This document shows, piece by piece, positions 13,237-24,102 of a stretch of 64,000 bases of DNA; the stretch's first letter is position 1, and each line of letters begins with the position of its first letter. The notes below the pieces were generated by a model. The model made no database searches, was not told the origin of the DNA, and worked only from the letters and a program-made list of their open reading frames with translations. Position numbers and translations under genes: made by a program. Location of the stretch: the NCBI GenBank assembly GCA_951406725.2, contig OX597822.1, positions 58,590,001 to 58,654,000 on the forward strand, written 5' to 3'. Source of the stretch: Octopus vulgaris. Taxonomy: Eukaryota.

Positions 13237-13455
13237 TGGCAGAAACGTTAACACGCTGGGCGAAATGCTTATCGGTATTTCGTCTGCCGTTCCGTTCTGA
13301 GTTCAAATTCCGCCGAGGTTGACTTTGCCTTTCATCCTTTCAGGATCGATAAATTAAGTACCAGTTACGCACTGGGGTCGTTGTAATCGACTTAAACCCT
13401 TTGTCTGTCCTTGTTTGTCTCCTCTGTGTTTAGCTCCTTGTGGGTGGTAAAGAAA
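13237..13455 (+). mobile_element. Meta-domain SINE
   Basis: TGGCAGAAACGTT head, GAGTTCAAATTCC B-box, GACTTTGCCTTTCATCCTTTC..GATAAATTAAGTACC Meta-like block. Confidence 0.85.
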
Positions 13456-13756
13456 TATATATATATATATATATATATATATTCGCTTAGGTATTTCGAT
13501 ACTGATAACCTGGTGTAAAACTCAAAATACATATGCTTCATAACGAAGTGTTAAACGAATATAGAGCGGGAATAGGAAAGATTTTACAAGTGGAGTGTCA
13601 CAGTTACCCAGGCACTCAACAATGAGTATATTACATCTTATAGCAGAAACAACTGTAAGCTAATGAATTTCATAATATGATTTATCCCTTGTCGTCCCAT
13701 TTTCTTATATAAGCACACACACACACACACAGACACACAGACACACAGACACACAG

Positions 13757-13788
<32 letters not shown>

Positions 13789-13929
13789 ACACACATTTAC
13801 AACTGCATCTCTTTCTTTCTTTTGTTGTCTTACCATTTTTATCAATATATATATATGTAATACATCTGTTTATTTTCTACACCACCTGTCTTCGTGAATT
13901 CTCCCTATATATATATATATATATATATA

Positions 13930-15786
13930 TGCCTCAGATATTATACCAGCAATAAATGAGGTCAAATACTATTCTACTGTGGGCTCTGATAGATTCCCTG
14001 CTAGCCGCCTGAAGGAATGTAGACACCAACCTCTGGAGAAATTCTTTAGACTCAGGTTATATACCGAAACAACTCCTATCCTAATCTGTCATCCCGGTTT
14101 TCAAACTGGGAAACAGATCCCTCGCAGTCAACTATCGCCCAAACTCACTCACCTCCCATATCATTAAAATGTTTGAAAGAGTGGTAAGATCAAGGATAGC
14201 TGCCTTTCTGGAGATCCACAAACTCCTAAATGGAAATCAGCATCGTTTTCGCTGTGGCAGGGACTGTCTAACACAGCTCTTACACCACATTGAGGATATA
14301 CGTAAAACCTTGGGAACAGGTTCGAACTCTGATGTCATATATCTTGACTTCAGTAAAGCTTTCGACAGCGTTGACCATTATAGCTTATACTCAAATTTGG
14401 CAAATGTTGGAATCCGTGGGAAACTTCTACACTGGATTGAGTATTTCCTGGCGAATAGAACACAACATGTTGTGGTCGATGAAATCCACTCAAGCCCTGC
14501 AAAAGTCACAGAGGACTGTCTTGGGTCTGCTCCTCTTTATAATCTATATAAACGACCTTTCCAGCGCTGTAAAACAGCAAAGTGAAAATATTTGCTGATG
14601 ACACTAAGCTCCAGAAAATCATCAATGAAGAAGACCTAACTCAACTCCAGTCTGATCTATATGCGGTGAATCAATGGGCAGACAAAACCAAAATGCAACT
14701 AACCGAGGGAAAATTTGGGCAGATACATTTTGGAAGAAAGACTATACTAAAACAGCCATACTCTCTTCCTTCAGGGGAACCGCTCACGGCATCTAATAAT
14801 CTCAGTGACCTAGGAGTAATTGTTTATAACAATCTCAGTTGAGTGCCCACATCAACAAAAGTTCGATATAGCTCGTAGGATAAGCTCCTGGATCTTAAGA
14901 ACCTCCCGGTCCAGAGAGCAAGGTGTCATCATTCCACTTTTCTCCTCCTCGAATACTGCTACCCCTGTGGTTTCTCCATACAAAACAAAACATCTCTAAA
15001 ATTGAATCACACTGGTGATCATTCACTAAACGAATTAAGGGCATAACTGATCTTGATTACTGGGACCGCCTTAAAGCCTTGAATCTCTACTCTCTCCAGC
15101 GCCGTCGCGAGCGGTACATAATTTGCACGATGTGGAGAATATCCCGCCAGCATTGCCCAAACGACCTGAACATTAGTTTCAAGGTTCATCCAAGGCTAGG
15201 ACCACAGGCCATAGTCCTCTGCTCAATTTAGGAGCATAACATATTACGGCGGATGACACACTTCGGGATTAGTCTCACCATCTGGTGAATACTTAATCCG
15301 CCATCACACCGGCTGCTGTATAAAAAGGAAGCGGAAGTGGTCTCCGGGAGATGTAGGATTCTCCTAGCTCCTACGCGGATGACCGTGTCAAGTTGCTCGA
15401 GAATTCCTCTTGACAGCAGTACCTGCGTGAGACTATAGAAAAGTCTCGGCGGGAGTTTGATCGGCCGGTAGAGGTGCGCGGACTCCCAATCAGTGCTTGT
15501 GGTGCTGTTGCCGGTCTGCGACACAATTTCTTTTCCTCAACAGGCCCTGCCCTACTTAACATTGACCCAAAACGGATCAAAGAGGAAAAGGATCCCATCA
15601 CTTTTAAATGGAATTTGGCCAAATTTCTTCAAGGAATACCAGATAAGCCACCTATACCTGGATACAGCTCACACAAGAACTCTCTACTTGAAAGCACTAT
15701 AACACAAAACTTGACATAAAAAGGATTTAGGTAATCCTATCAGGTGATGCTATTAAGTTAGACATGGCCTGGTCGAAACATATCTA

Positions 15787-15790
<4 letters not shown>
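13930..15790 (+). pseudogene. Degraded 5'-truncated CR1/L2-group LINE ORF2 (RT plus C-terminus)
   Basis: YLDFSKAFDSVDH, IFADDTKL, DLGVI, YWDRLKALNLYSLQRRRERY motifs across frameshifts; C-terminal FLQGIPDKP..NSL. Confidence 0.88.
15228..15495 (-). pseudogene. Antisense fragment of an R2/NeSL-like (RLE-type) RT thumb region inside the LINE
   Basis: LPPRLFYSL...LEQLDTVIRVGARRILHLPETTSASFLYSSRCDGGLSI matches 'LD..IR......L.LP......FLY....DGGLG'. Confidence 0.7.
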
Positions 15791-15822
<32 letters not shown>

Positions 15823-16019
15823 TAATACTAAGTAATTAAGGGTTTAGCAACGAATTGCCTCACCAACACACCGAATTTAGAAATAGCAGTCAAAGAGATA
15901 TAGCTATTCCTTCTACTAAAAGGGGGATCTCAGTAAAAACACAGCACTTGAAAGGCAAACACAGACAGGTAAGAAAGAAAGAATGAAATGACGGCAATCT
16001 ATCATGCAATTTTAAGTTA

Positions 16020-16111
16020 CCTACGGACGTACGTTTCGAGATCAAGTTTTAGGATAGCATAAGAATTAGAAAATTCTACTTTACCCAAACTTCTTCTCTC
16101 ATCGGCGCAGG
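16020..16111 (-). ncRNA. Type I hammerhead ribozyme motif (copy 1)
   Basis: Reverse complement of 17027-17118. Confidence 0.75.
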
Positions 16112-16610
16112 ATACGACAATTATGAATAATTGTATATTAAATTTTGAGATACTAGAATGCATCATCTCAACTCAGTGTCAGAGCGAGCCAAAGCATGAC
16201 CAGTACCACGAAATTCAAAGTTTGAATGAAAGTTTGTGTCACCAGCCCCCTTCCACCCGCGTGTAGCCAAGACAAAATGCTGCGGTCATTCACTGGGATA
16301 AAATATGGTTATCAGTAATAATAATAAAGGGTGAAATTAATTAATTAGGGATAATTATCAATTACACCAAGTAGATTTCGGCATGTAAAAGCCCCATTCG
16401 AGGAAAATTTAAGTAATACTAAGTAATTAAGGGTTTAGCAACGAATTGCCTCACCAACACACCGAATTTAGAAATAGCAGTCAAAGAGATATAGCTATTC
16501 CTTCTACTAAAAGGGGGATCTCAGTAAAAACACAGCACTTGAAAGGCAAACACAGACAGGTAAGAAAGAAAGAATGAAATGACGGCAATCTATCATGCAA
16601 TTTTAAGTTA

Positions 16611-16702
16611 CCTACGGACGTACGTTTCGAGATCAAGTTTTAGGATAGCATAAGAATTAGAAAATTCTACTTTACCCAAACTTCTTCTCTCATCGGCGCA
16701 GG
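16611..16702 (-). ncRNA. Type I hammerhead ribozyme motif (copy 2)
   Basis: Reverse complement of 17027-17118. Confidence 0.75.
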
Positions 16703-17026
16703 ATACGACAATTATGAATAATTGTATATTAAATTTTGAGATACTAGAATGCATCATCTCAACTCACTTGGTGTAATTGATAATTATCCCTAATTAATTA
16801 ATTTCACCCTTTATTATTATTACTGATAACCATATTTTATCCCAGTGAATGACCGCAGCATTTTGTCTTGGCTACACGCGGGTGGAAGGGGGCTGGTGAC
16901 ACAAACTTTCATTCAAACTTTGAATTTCGTGGTACTGGTCATGCTTTGGCTCGCTCTGACACTGAGTTGAGATGATGCATTCTAGTATCTCAAAATTTAA
17001 TATACAATTATTCATAATTGTCGTAT

Positions 17027-17118
17027 CCTGCGCCGATGAGAGAAGAAGTTTGGGTAAAGTAGAATTTTCTAATTCTTATGCTATCCTAAAACTTGATCTC
17101 GAAACGTACGTCCGTAGG
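17027..17118 (+). ncRNA. Type I hammerhead ribozyme motif (copy 3)
   Basis: Stem I CCTGCG/CGTAGG; core CCGATGA; 61-nt stem II GAGA..AAGTTT..AGAATT-TTCT-AATTCT..AAACTT..TCTC; GAAA; palindromic stem III CGTACG; TC cleavage site. Confidence 0.78.
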
Positions 17119-17617
17119 TAACTTAAAATTGCATGATAGATTGCCGTCATTTCATTCTTTCTTTCTTACCTGTCTGTGTTTGCCTTTCAAGTGCTGTGTT
17201 TTTACTGAGATCCCCCTTTTAGTAGAAGGAATAGCTATATCTCTTTGACTGCTATTTCTAAATTCGGTGTGTTGGTGAGGCAATTCGTTGCTAAACCCTT
17301 AATTACTTAGTATTACTTAAATTTTCCTCGAATGGGGCTTTTACATGCCGAAATCTACTTGGTGTAATTGATAATTATCCCTAATTAATTAATTTCACCC
17401 TTTATTATTATTACTGATAACCATATTTTATCCCAGTGAATGACCGCAGCATTTTGTCTTGGCTACACGCGGGTGGAAGGGGGCTGGTGACACAAACTTT
17501 CATTCAAACTTTGAATTTCGTGGTACTGGTCATGCTTTGGCTCGCTCTGACACTGAGTTGAGATGATGCATTCTAGTATCTCAAAATTTAATATACAATT
17601 ATTCATAATTGTCGTAT

Positions 17618-17709
17618 CCTGCGCCGATGAGAGAAGAAGTTTGGGTAAAGTAGAATTTTCTAATTCTTATGCTATCCTAAAACTTGATCTCGAAACGTAC
17701 GTCCGTAGG
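17618..17709 (+). ncRNA. Type I hammerhead ribozyme motif (copy 4)
   Basis: Identical to 17027-17118, +591 bp. Confidence 0.78.
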
Positions 17710-18449
17710 TAACTTAAAATTGCATGATAGATTGCCGTCATTTCATTCTTTCTTTCTTACCTGTCTGCGTTTGCCTTTCAAGTGCTGTGTTTTTACTGAG
17801 ATCCCCCTTTTAGTAGAAGGAATAGCTATATCTCTTTGACTGCTATTTCTAAATTCGGTGTGTTGGTGAGGCAATTCGTTGCTAAACCCTTAATTACTTA
17901 GTATTACTTAAATTTTCCTCGAATGGGGCTTTTACATGCCGAAATCTACTTGGTGTAATTGATAATTATCCCTAATTAATTAATTTCACCCTTTATTATT
18001 ATATATATATATATATATATATATACGTGTGTGTGTGTGTGTATGCATTTATGTATGTATGTATGTATGTATGTATGTATGTATGTATGCATGTATGTAT
18101 GTATGCACGCACACACATTTGCTCACGCACTCTAGCGTATATACACACGCACATGTACAGAATGATTGGGGTAGTAAAGAGAGAGGGAGAGAGAGAAGGG
18201 GGCAGAATGAATGAAAGTAAAAATAGGTGCTAGGAAAGAAGGTAGAGAAGGAAAGTTACGAAACACAAATTCAAAATGAAGCAGAACGCGCACAAGAATG
18301 ACAGGTAGAAAGCGTGAAAGAGGCAGACTGACAAACAGAAAGCTGATTAGAAAGACAATAAACAGATACATAGTTATATAAACAGAATCGATATACAAAG
18401 AGATAGAGCGGTATATGTATTTATACCACTCTATCAGTAGTATTGTGCA

Positions 18450-18484
<35 letters not shown>

Positions 18485-18486
<2 letters not shown>

Positions 18487-18890
18487 CTTTCAGTCTTCGT
18501 CTAGCAAATCCTCTCAAAAAACTTTGCTCGCCCCAAGACTATTGTCTATGGGGCCGCGCAGTGGCACTGAATCCAATACTACGTGGTCAGGAAGCAAGGT
18601 CTTTCCACTACATAGCCACGTCTGCAACAGGCGTGACTGTGTGGTAAGAAGCTTGCTTGTCAACTACATTGTTCCGGGTTCAGTCCCACTGCGTGGCACC
18701 TCGGGCAAGTGTCTTCTACTATAGCCTCGGGCCTACCGAAGCCTTGTGTGTGAATTTGGTAGACGGAAACTGAAAGAAGCCCGTCGTATATATATATATA
18801 TATATATATGCATGTATGTATGTATTTGTGTATCTATCTTTGTGCCCCCACCCCGACCATCGCTTGACAACCGATGCTGGTGTGTTTATG
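18485..18890. mobile_element. Two SINEs of the 61335-61715 family head-to-head (18485-18620 minus; 18630-18890 plus)
   Basis: GTGGTAAGAAGCTTGCTT..GGGTTCAGTCCCACTGCGTGGCACC and its degraded reverse complement. Confidence 0.75.
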
Positions 18891-19329
18891 AACGCGTGAG
18901 AAAAAATGTGCTTAATTAAACGAGGTAGTCCGCACCTAAATAATACACACCCTGCCCTAATTACCCAACGAAACTAGCCAATCTACCACAAGCAAACCTC
19001 TACTCAGCAAATTTACCAGTGCAAGAACAAAATTTCAATATAAGAATTACCAATTTGTTTACATTACTATCACATATGTATCAATCGTTTTCGCATCCTA
19101 ACCGATGCATCTATCTATACTCGCATTCTGAAGAGATTTACTTACTCCAGTAAATCGAAGCGATCGTAAATGACACCCTCATCTCTGCTTCTTACTTCTT
19201 TGTTACCTATATAATTAAAGACATGCCAGCGTAAATCATGAGTTTCGCATTGTTATTATATTCATTTTCTTCTCATATATAATATATAAGAGAAAAATCC
19301 AGGGAAAAATTCAGAGAAAAAACACACTC

Positions 19330-19810
19330 TAAGATGTGGTGCAGTGTATATCAAAAAAGCAGTTCACTAGCTCCAATAGGTACGGGCCCATTTTCAACCG
19401 GCACAACGTTAGGGTCTCGTTTACCTGTGCCCCCAATATGAAGAGCATTTTAGTTAGCTCCCCTAAACTACAGGCAGAGGCAGGTTGTCCATGCAGGAAT
19501 CGCAACAGTTGCTGGGTAGGTCCTCTTTCAGAGTTCCGGAAAGGAAATATGTAACATTGCTGGCCAGTCACGTCTGGCAAGTAAAGGACGATGGGATCCC
19601 GTGCTCGATCGCATGGAAAATCCTCGAAAAACCTACATTAACGGGACGAAGTGTTGCAAGTTATGCATAACTGAACGCGCGAGAATCCTAAAAGACTCGC
19701 TCGAACCATGGAGCATCTTTAACTCCAGTACGGAGATTCTCGGGCCATGTTTGCATTTTAGGAAATTTCTGCGAGCGTTTTGGAATTCGCAAGATGGCGG
19801 CACAGCCGGA
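19330..19810 (+). pseudogene. Penelope-like element relic (RT-endonuclease linker and GIY-YIG C-terminus, internally deleted)
   Basis: IFNRHNVRVSFTCAPNMKSI, CPCRNRNSC, LASHVWQVKD..IAWKILEK, CKLCITERARIL..NSSTEILGPCLH resemble PLE motifs. Confidence 0.8.
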
Positions 19811-19911
19811 AGTCGATAGCCAATGGCAAAGGAAGATAATCCCCTATTGTTTGCCTTCACAGCGAGGCTTTTTCCCCTTCCATATTTTGAAGAGGTCTTA
19901 GGCCAACAGAT

Positions 19912-19978
19912 TTTGGGGTCTGACGATACACCATAAAGCCACATCCTTTATGGATGGGAAACCCATAGTAATTTCATA
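19912..19978 (+). ncRNA. Hammerhead-like motif just 3' of the PLE ORF
   Basis: GGGGT-CTGACGA-[CCATAAAG/CTTTATGG hairpin]-GAAA-CCCATAG-TA-ATTTC; stems I and III weak. Confidence 0.6.
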
Positions 19979-20014
19979 AACCGGAAGACCCCATTAATAT
20001 ATATATATATATAC

Positions 20015-20240
20015 TTCTTTATTGCCTACAGGGGGCTAAACATAGATTAGACAAACAAGAAGAGACAAAAAGATTAATCGATTAGATCGACTCCAGTGCG
20101 TAACTGGTACTTATTTAATCGACCCCGAAAGGATGAAAGGCAAAGTTGACCTCTGCGGAATTTGAACTCAGAACGTAACGGCAGACGAACTACCGCTAAG
20201 CATTTCGCCCGGCGTGCTAACGATTCTGCCAACTCGCCGC
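20015..20240 (-). mobile_element. Meta-domain SINE
   Basis: Reverse complement of the 13237 family including GGCGGCGAGTTGGCAGAA head. Confidence 0.85.
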
Positions 20241-20241
20241 C

Positions 20242-20290
<49 letters not shown>

Positions 20291-20877
20291 CGCGCGCGCG
20301 CGTGTATATATATATATATATATACAGTATGTACTGTATCTATGTGTGTGTGAGTGTTTTTGTCTGTGTTTGTCCCTCCCCCCGAACAACCGTCGTTGGT
20401 GTGTTTGCGTCCTCGTAACTAGGCGGTTCGGCATAAGAGACCGATTGAAGTACCAAGCTTAAAAAATAAGTCTTGGGGGTAGATTTGTTCGACTTGAAAC
20501 CCGTCAAGGCGGTGCTGCAGCATGGATGCAGTCAAACGGCTGAAAGAAGTAAAAAGAATAAAAGAAGAATACACGCACACAACACACACGTCCATAGAGA
20601 TAGAAAGATGGATTAGAACACAAGAGAAGACAAAGAGCAGAGAAATTACAAAGAAAGAGCAGAAGGAAAGAAGGAAAGAATAAACGAAAGAAAGGAAGAA
20701 AGAGGAATACAAAAAGAAGAAAAAGAAAATCAGAGAAACCGTGTCACAACTAGAATCAACAGCAATTAGCCGCGTCTCAGATGTGTAACCATGGTAACCA
20801 AATACAGAAGGCATCTATGAATTCTGTTTGATGTGGAATGCAGCAGACCATAGAAAACCCAAACAGTCCTGAATTGG

Positions 20878-20949
<72 letters not shown>

Positions 20950-21904
20950 ATACAGATAGACAGACAGAAAGATAAATACACACATACTTATGCAGATAGA
21001 TAGACAGACAGACGGATAAATACACACACAAACACATAGACTTATACAGACAGACAAACACACACACACACACACAGGCTTATACAGACAGACAGAAGGA
21101 CAGGCATACACACACACACACACACACACACACATTATACAGACAGACATATACACACACAAACACAGTTGTACGCACGCAGACGCCGGCACACATACCC
21201 GTATATGATAGACTCAGATGCACACACATACCCGTTTTCTAGTTTCTCGATGTCGCTAAAGAACTGCAGTCTTGCTTCTTGTAAAGCAGGCGTGAAATAT
21301 GTGCGTCGAATATTTGGAACGTGTAGTGTGTTGTGTTGTGTGTTGTGTTGTGTTGTGTGTGTGTTGTGTGTGTTGTGTGTGTGTGTGTTGTGTGTGTGTG
21401 TGTGTTTGTGTGTGTGTTGTCAGTATATATAGCATATGGGGTATCTATGTCTGTGTATGTTTGCATATTTGTATTTTCATGTATGTGTGGTATGTGTGTC
21501 CGTTAACGCCTATGTATATGTATATTTGTGTTTCGTAAGGAGGTGAGGGAATTCGCAACCGTATAAATAAATATATATAGGAGCAGTTATTGTGTCAGCT
21601 TCAGCATATGTTCGCTTGTGTATTTATTAATAAAATATATGTGTGTGTGTGTGTGTGCATGTGTTCGTGCGTGTGCGTGTGTATGTGTGCGTGTATATCT
21701 AACGGGTACGTCTGTATTCTGTCTACCCTTTCTCTATATGAGTACAAGAATTTATCTATTATCGTCTCTCTATTCTGTCAATAAATCTGCCTTTCCCTCT
21801 ATAAATTCTTGTCAAATATCTAATCCAAGGATTGCCAACGTGGGCTGATTGCACCCGAGAGGATGCGAGATGGCATTTCTGGGAGTGCTACGGAGGAGAG
21901 AAAT

Positions 21905-22285
21905 TATATATTTCGCCCGGCGTTGCTCGGGTTTGTTTCGACCTTTTAGAATTGGAATTTTTGAAAAGTAAAAATTTTGCATTATGTAGCTTGTTATTCT
22001 CTTTAATTGAACATTTTTCTGGTTGAAATACACCGAAAAATGGCGACACAGCAGTCAAAAAAATCGTAAAAAATAGGGATTTTCATAGAAAAAAAAAAGA
22101 ACCTTTTTGATGTAAATAATTTTTTGGTCTTAACATGGTCCGATTTGAATTTTATATTCTACGGAATGAAGAGCAAGCCTTCTTCTAATATACTCGCAAT
22201 TTTGGTCAACTTGCGCCGCAGGGTCTCGGTGGAGATAGTGTTAGTTGAAGGCTACCAAACCTGCCATACTTCAGCCTTATATATT
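21905..22285 (-). mobile_element. Non-autonomous Helitron-like element
   Basis: TCGCCCGGCGTTGCTCGGGTTTGT subterminal hairpin identical to 62802-62826. Confidence 0.65.
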
Positions 22286-22347
22286 TTATTAGCTATTCAG
22301 AATAGAATTATTAACTAACACTTGCAAATTACTTTATTCTTTTAAAC

Positions 22348-22677
22348 CAGGGGTTCTCAACCATTTTTTATTCATGGATCCCTTTGATTACTATTATATT
22401 CTGGTGGGTCCCCATAGCCATTCAATGTTTAAAAACTAGTGTTATTTTCAAATTCCTATTTTATGGTTCACACATTAACTTGTGTAGTTGAACTATATAA
22501 AATGATAGAAAAAGAAACCTAACTGTTTCTTGCAGTACTTATATCTAAAGCAAATTTTTTCAGGGACTCTTAAAATACTATTGTGGGTCCGCAATTTATT
22601 ATTTTGTTTCATGGACCCCACTCCCAAATCTTATATGGATCCTCAGGGACTATATGGACCCCAGTTGAGAACCAGTG
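22348..22677. mobile_element. hAT-type MITE
   Basis: TIRs CAGGGGTTCTCAAC / GTTGAGAACCAGTG, internal GGACCCC motifs, TTAAAC on both flanks. Confidence 0.7.
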
Positions 22678-23059
22678 TTAAACACACAAAGAAATTTATT
22701 TCGTCTACACATAAAGAGTTAACCCATAAGAGATTTGGACTGCGTTCCTACTGCCACTTGCAATGACATTCATTCTTATGTGAGTGAGTAAACTTCTTGT
22801 CAATCAAGACAAAATCTAGGCTGATCTGTGGATCAAAATCAGCGAGAAAAGTTCCACATTTTGATAAAATCATGTATGAGTCTGGTACTTATTCTATCGG
22901 TGTCTTTTGCCAAGCTGCTTAGTTACAGGAATGTAAGGAAACCAACACCGGTTATCAAGCGGTGGTGGGGGAGAAAACACGATCTCAAAGACACACACAC
23001 ACATACATGTATGCATATACATGATGATGATAAGAACAGACATACGACCCACTAAGGCA

Positions 23060-23944
23060 GTAAATAAGCGTAAAAAAAGCAAAAAGCCAAACAAGAAAGC
23101 TTGAAGGAATATCAAGACTGTGTCAAGAAAAAAACCATTGCATAGGCAATGCCCCAAAAGAGCTGGGGAAGCTGATGTAGATGGGAGAAGAACCATCAGG
23201 GGCTGCAGAGTGTTGGTTTGAAAGCCGCAACAGAAGGATTTATACTAGCGGCACAAGATCAGAATCTCCCCACTCGAAACTATCAAGCTAATGTCACACA
23301 CAATGAGGTAGACACAAAGTGTAGACTCTGAAATGACATACTCGAGAGTATTGATCGCATTGTTGCCGGTTGCTCAGTCATTGCTCCTACAGAATATAAA
23401 ACCAGGCATGATCAAGTTGGACAATACTTGCACTGGGTAATATGCCGTTACTATGGTATCCCGCACCCTGAGAACTGGCATGAACACCATCCAGAGCCAG
23501 TCACTGAGACAGAAAACGTTACCATCCTATAGAATTATGGATACACACAGAGAGCAAATAAATGATAACAGACTAGACATCGTCATCAAAGACCTAAAAC
23601 AAAAAGCATGTCTGTTAATGGATGTGACAGTGCCTACTGAGAGAAGCATGTCAGTAAAGGAATGCGAAAAACTGTCGAATTATAAGGGCCTTGAGATTGA
23701 GATATCTAGGACGTGGCAATTAAAACCTAAAAGCATCCCTGTTGTTATAGGTGCCCTAGGAATGATCAAGAAAGGCACTGACAAATGTTTTGACCAGATC
23801 CCTGGGAAATTAATCTATGAGACTAAAAAAATTGTGTTGACATCAACCACCTACATTCTCAGGAAGTTTCTCTTCATCTAATATGTACCTTACGTCCCTG
23901 GTTGAGACCCGGTCACAAGATGAAATAAAATACAATTGAATCGG
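23060..23944 (+). pseudogene. 3' end of an R4/Dong-clade LINE (zinc knuckle plus restriction-like endonuclease), degraded
   Basis: TEGFILAAQDQ, CRL..ESIDRIVAGC, YKTRHDQVGQYLHW, DIVIKD..LLMDVTVP, K..Y..L..EI, VVIGALG; ends in (TAA)n. Confidence 0.88.
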
Positions 23945-24022
<78 letters not shown>

Positions 24023-24060
24023 GTAATAGTAATAATAATAGCAATAATAATAATAGATGC

Positions 24061-24101
<41 letters not shown>
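23945..24101. repeat. (TAA)n tract between two R4/Dong elements
   Basis: Direct reading. Confidence 0.95.

Positions 24102-24102
<1 letters not shown>

Larger units (their letters stand above)
15820..18001. mobile_element. Multimer of a 591-bp hammerhead-containing non-coding unit: ~1.6 copies (15820-16766) inverted relative to ~2.1 tandem copies (16766-18001)
   Basis: AAGTAATACT at 15820 and 16411; ACTTGGTGTAATTG at 16766, 17357, 17948 (period 591); (TA)n at both ends; no ORF >=60 aa. Confidence 0.9.

Noticed and set aside
15820-18001. CRISPR array or cut-and-paste transposon TIRs
   Set aside because: No repeat-spacer pattern; the inversion is asymmetric and the unit is tandemly permuted, fitting PLE/retrozyme instead
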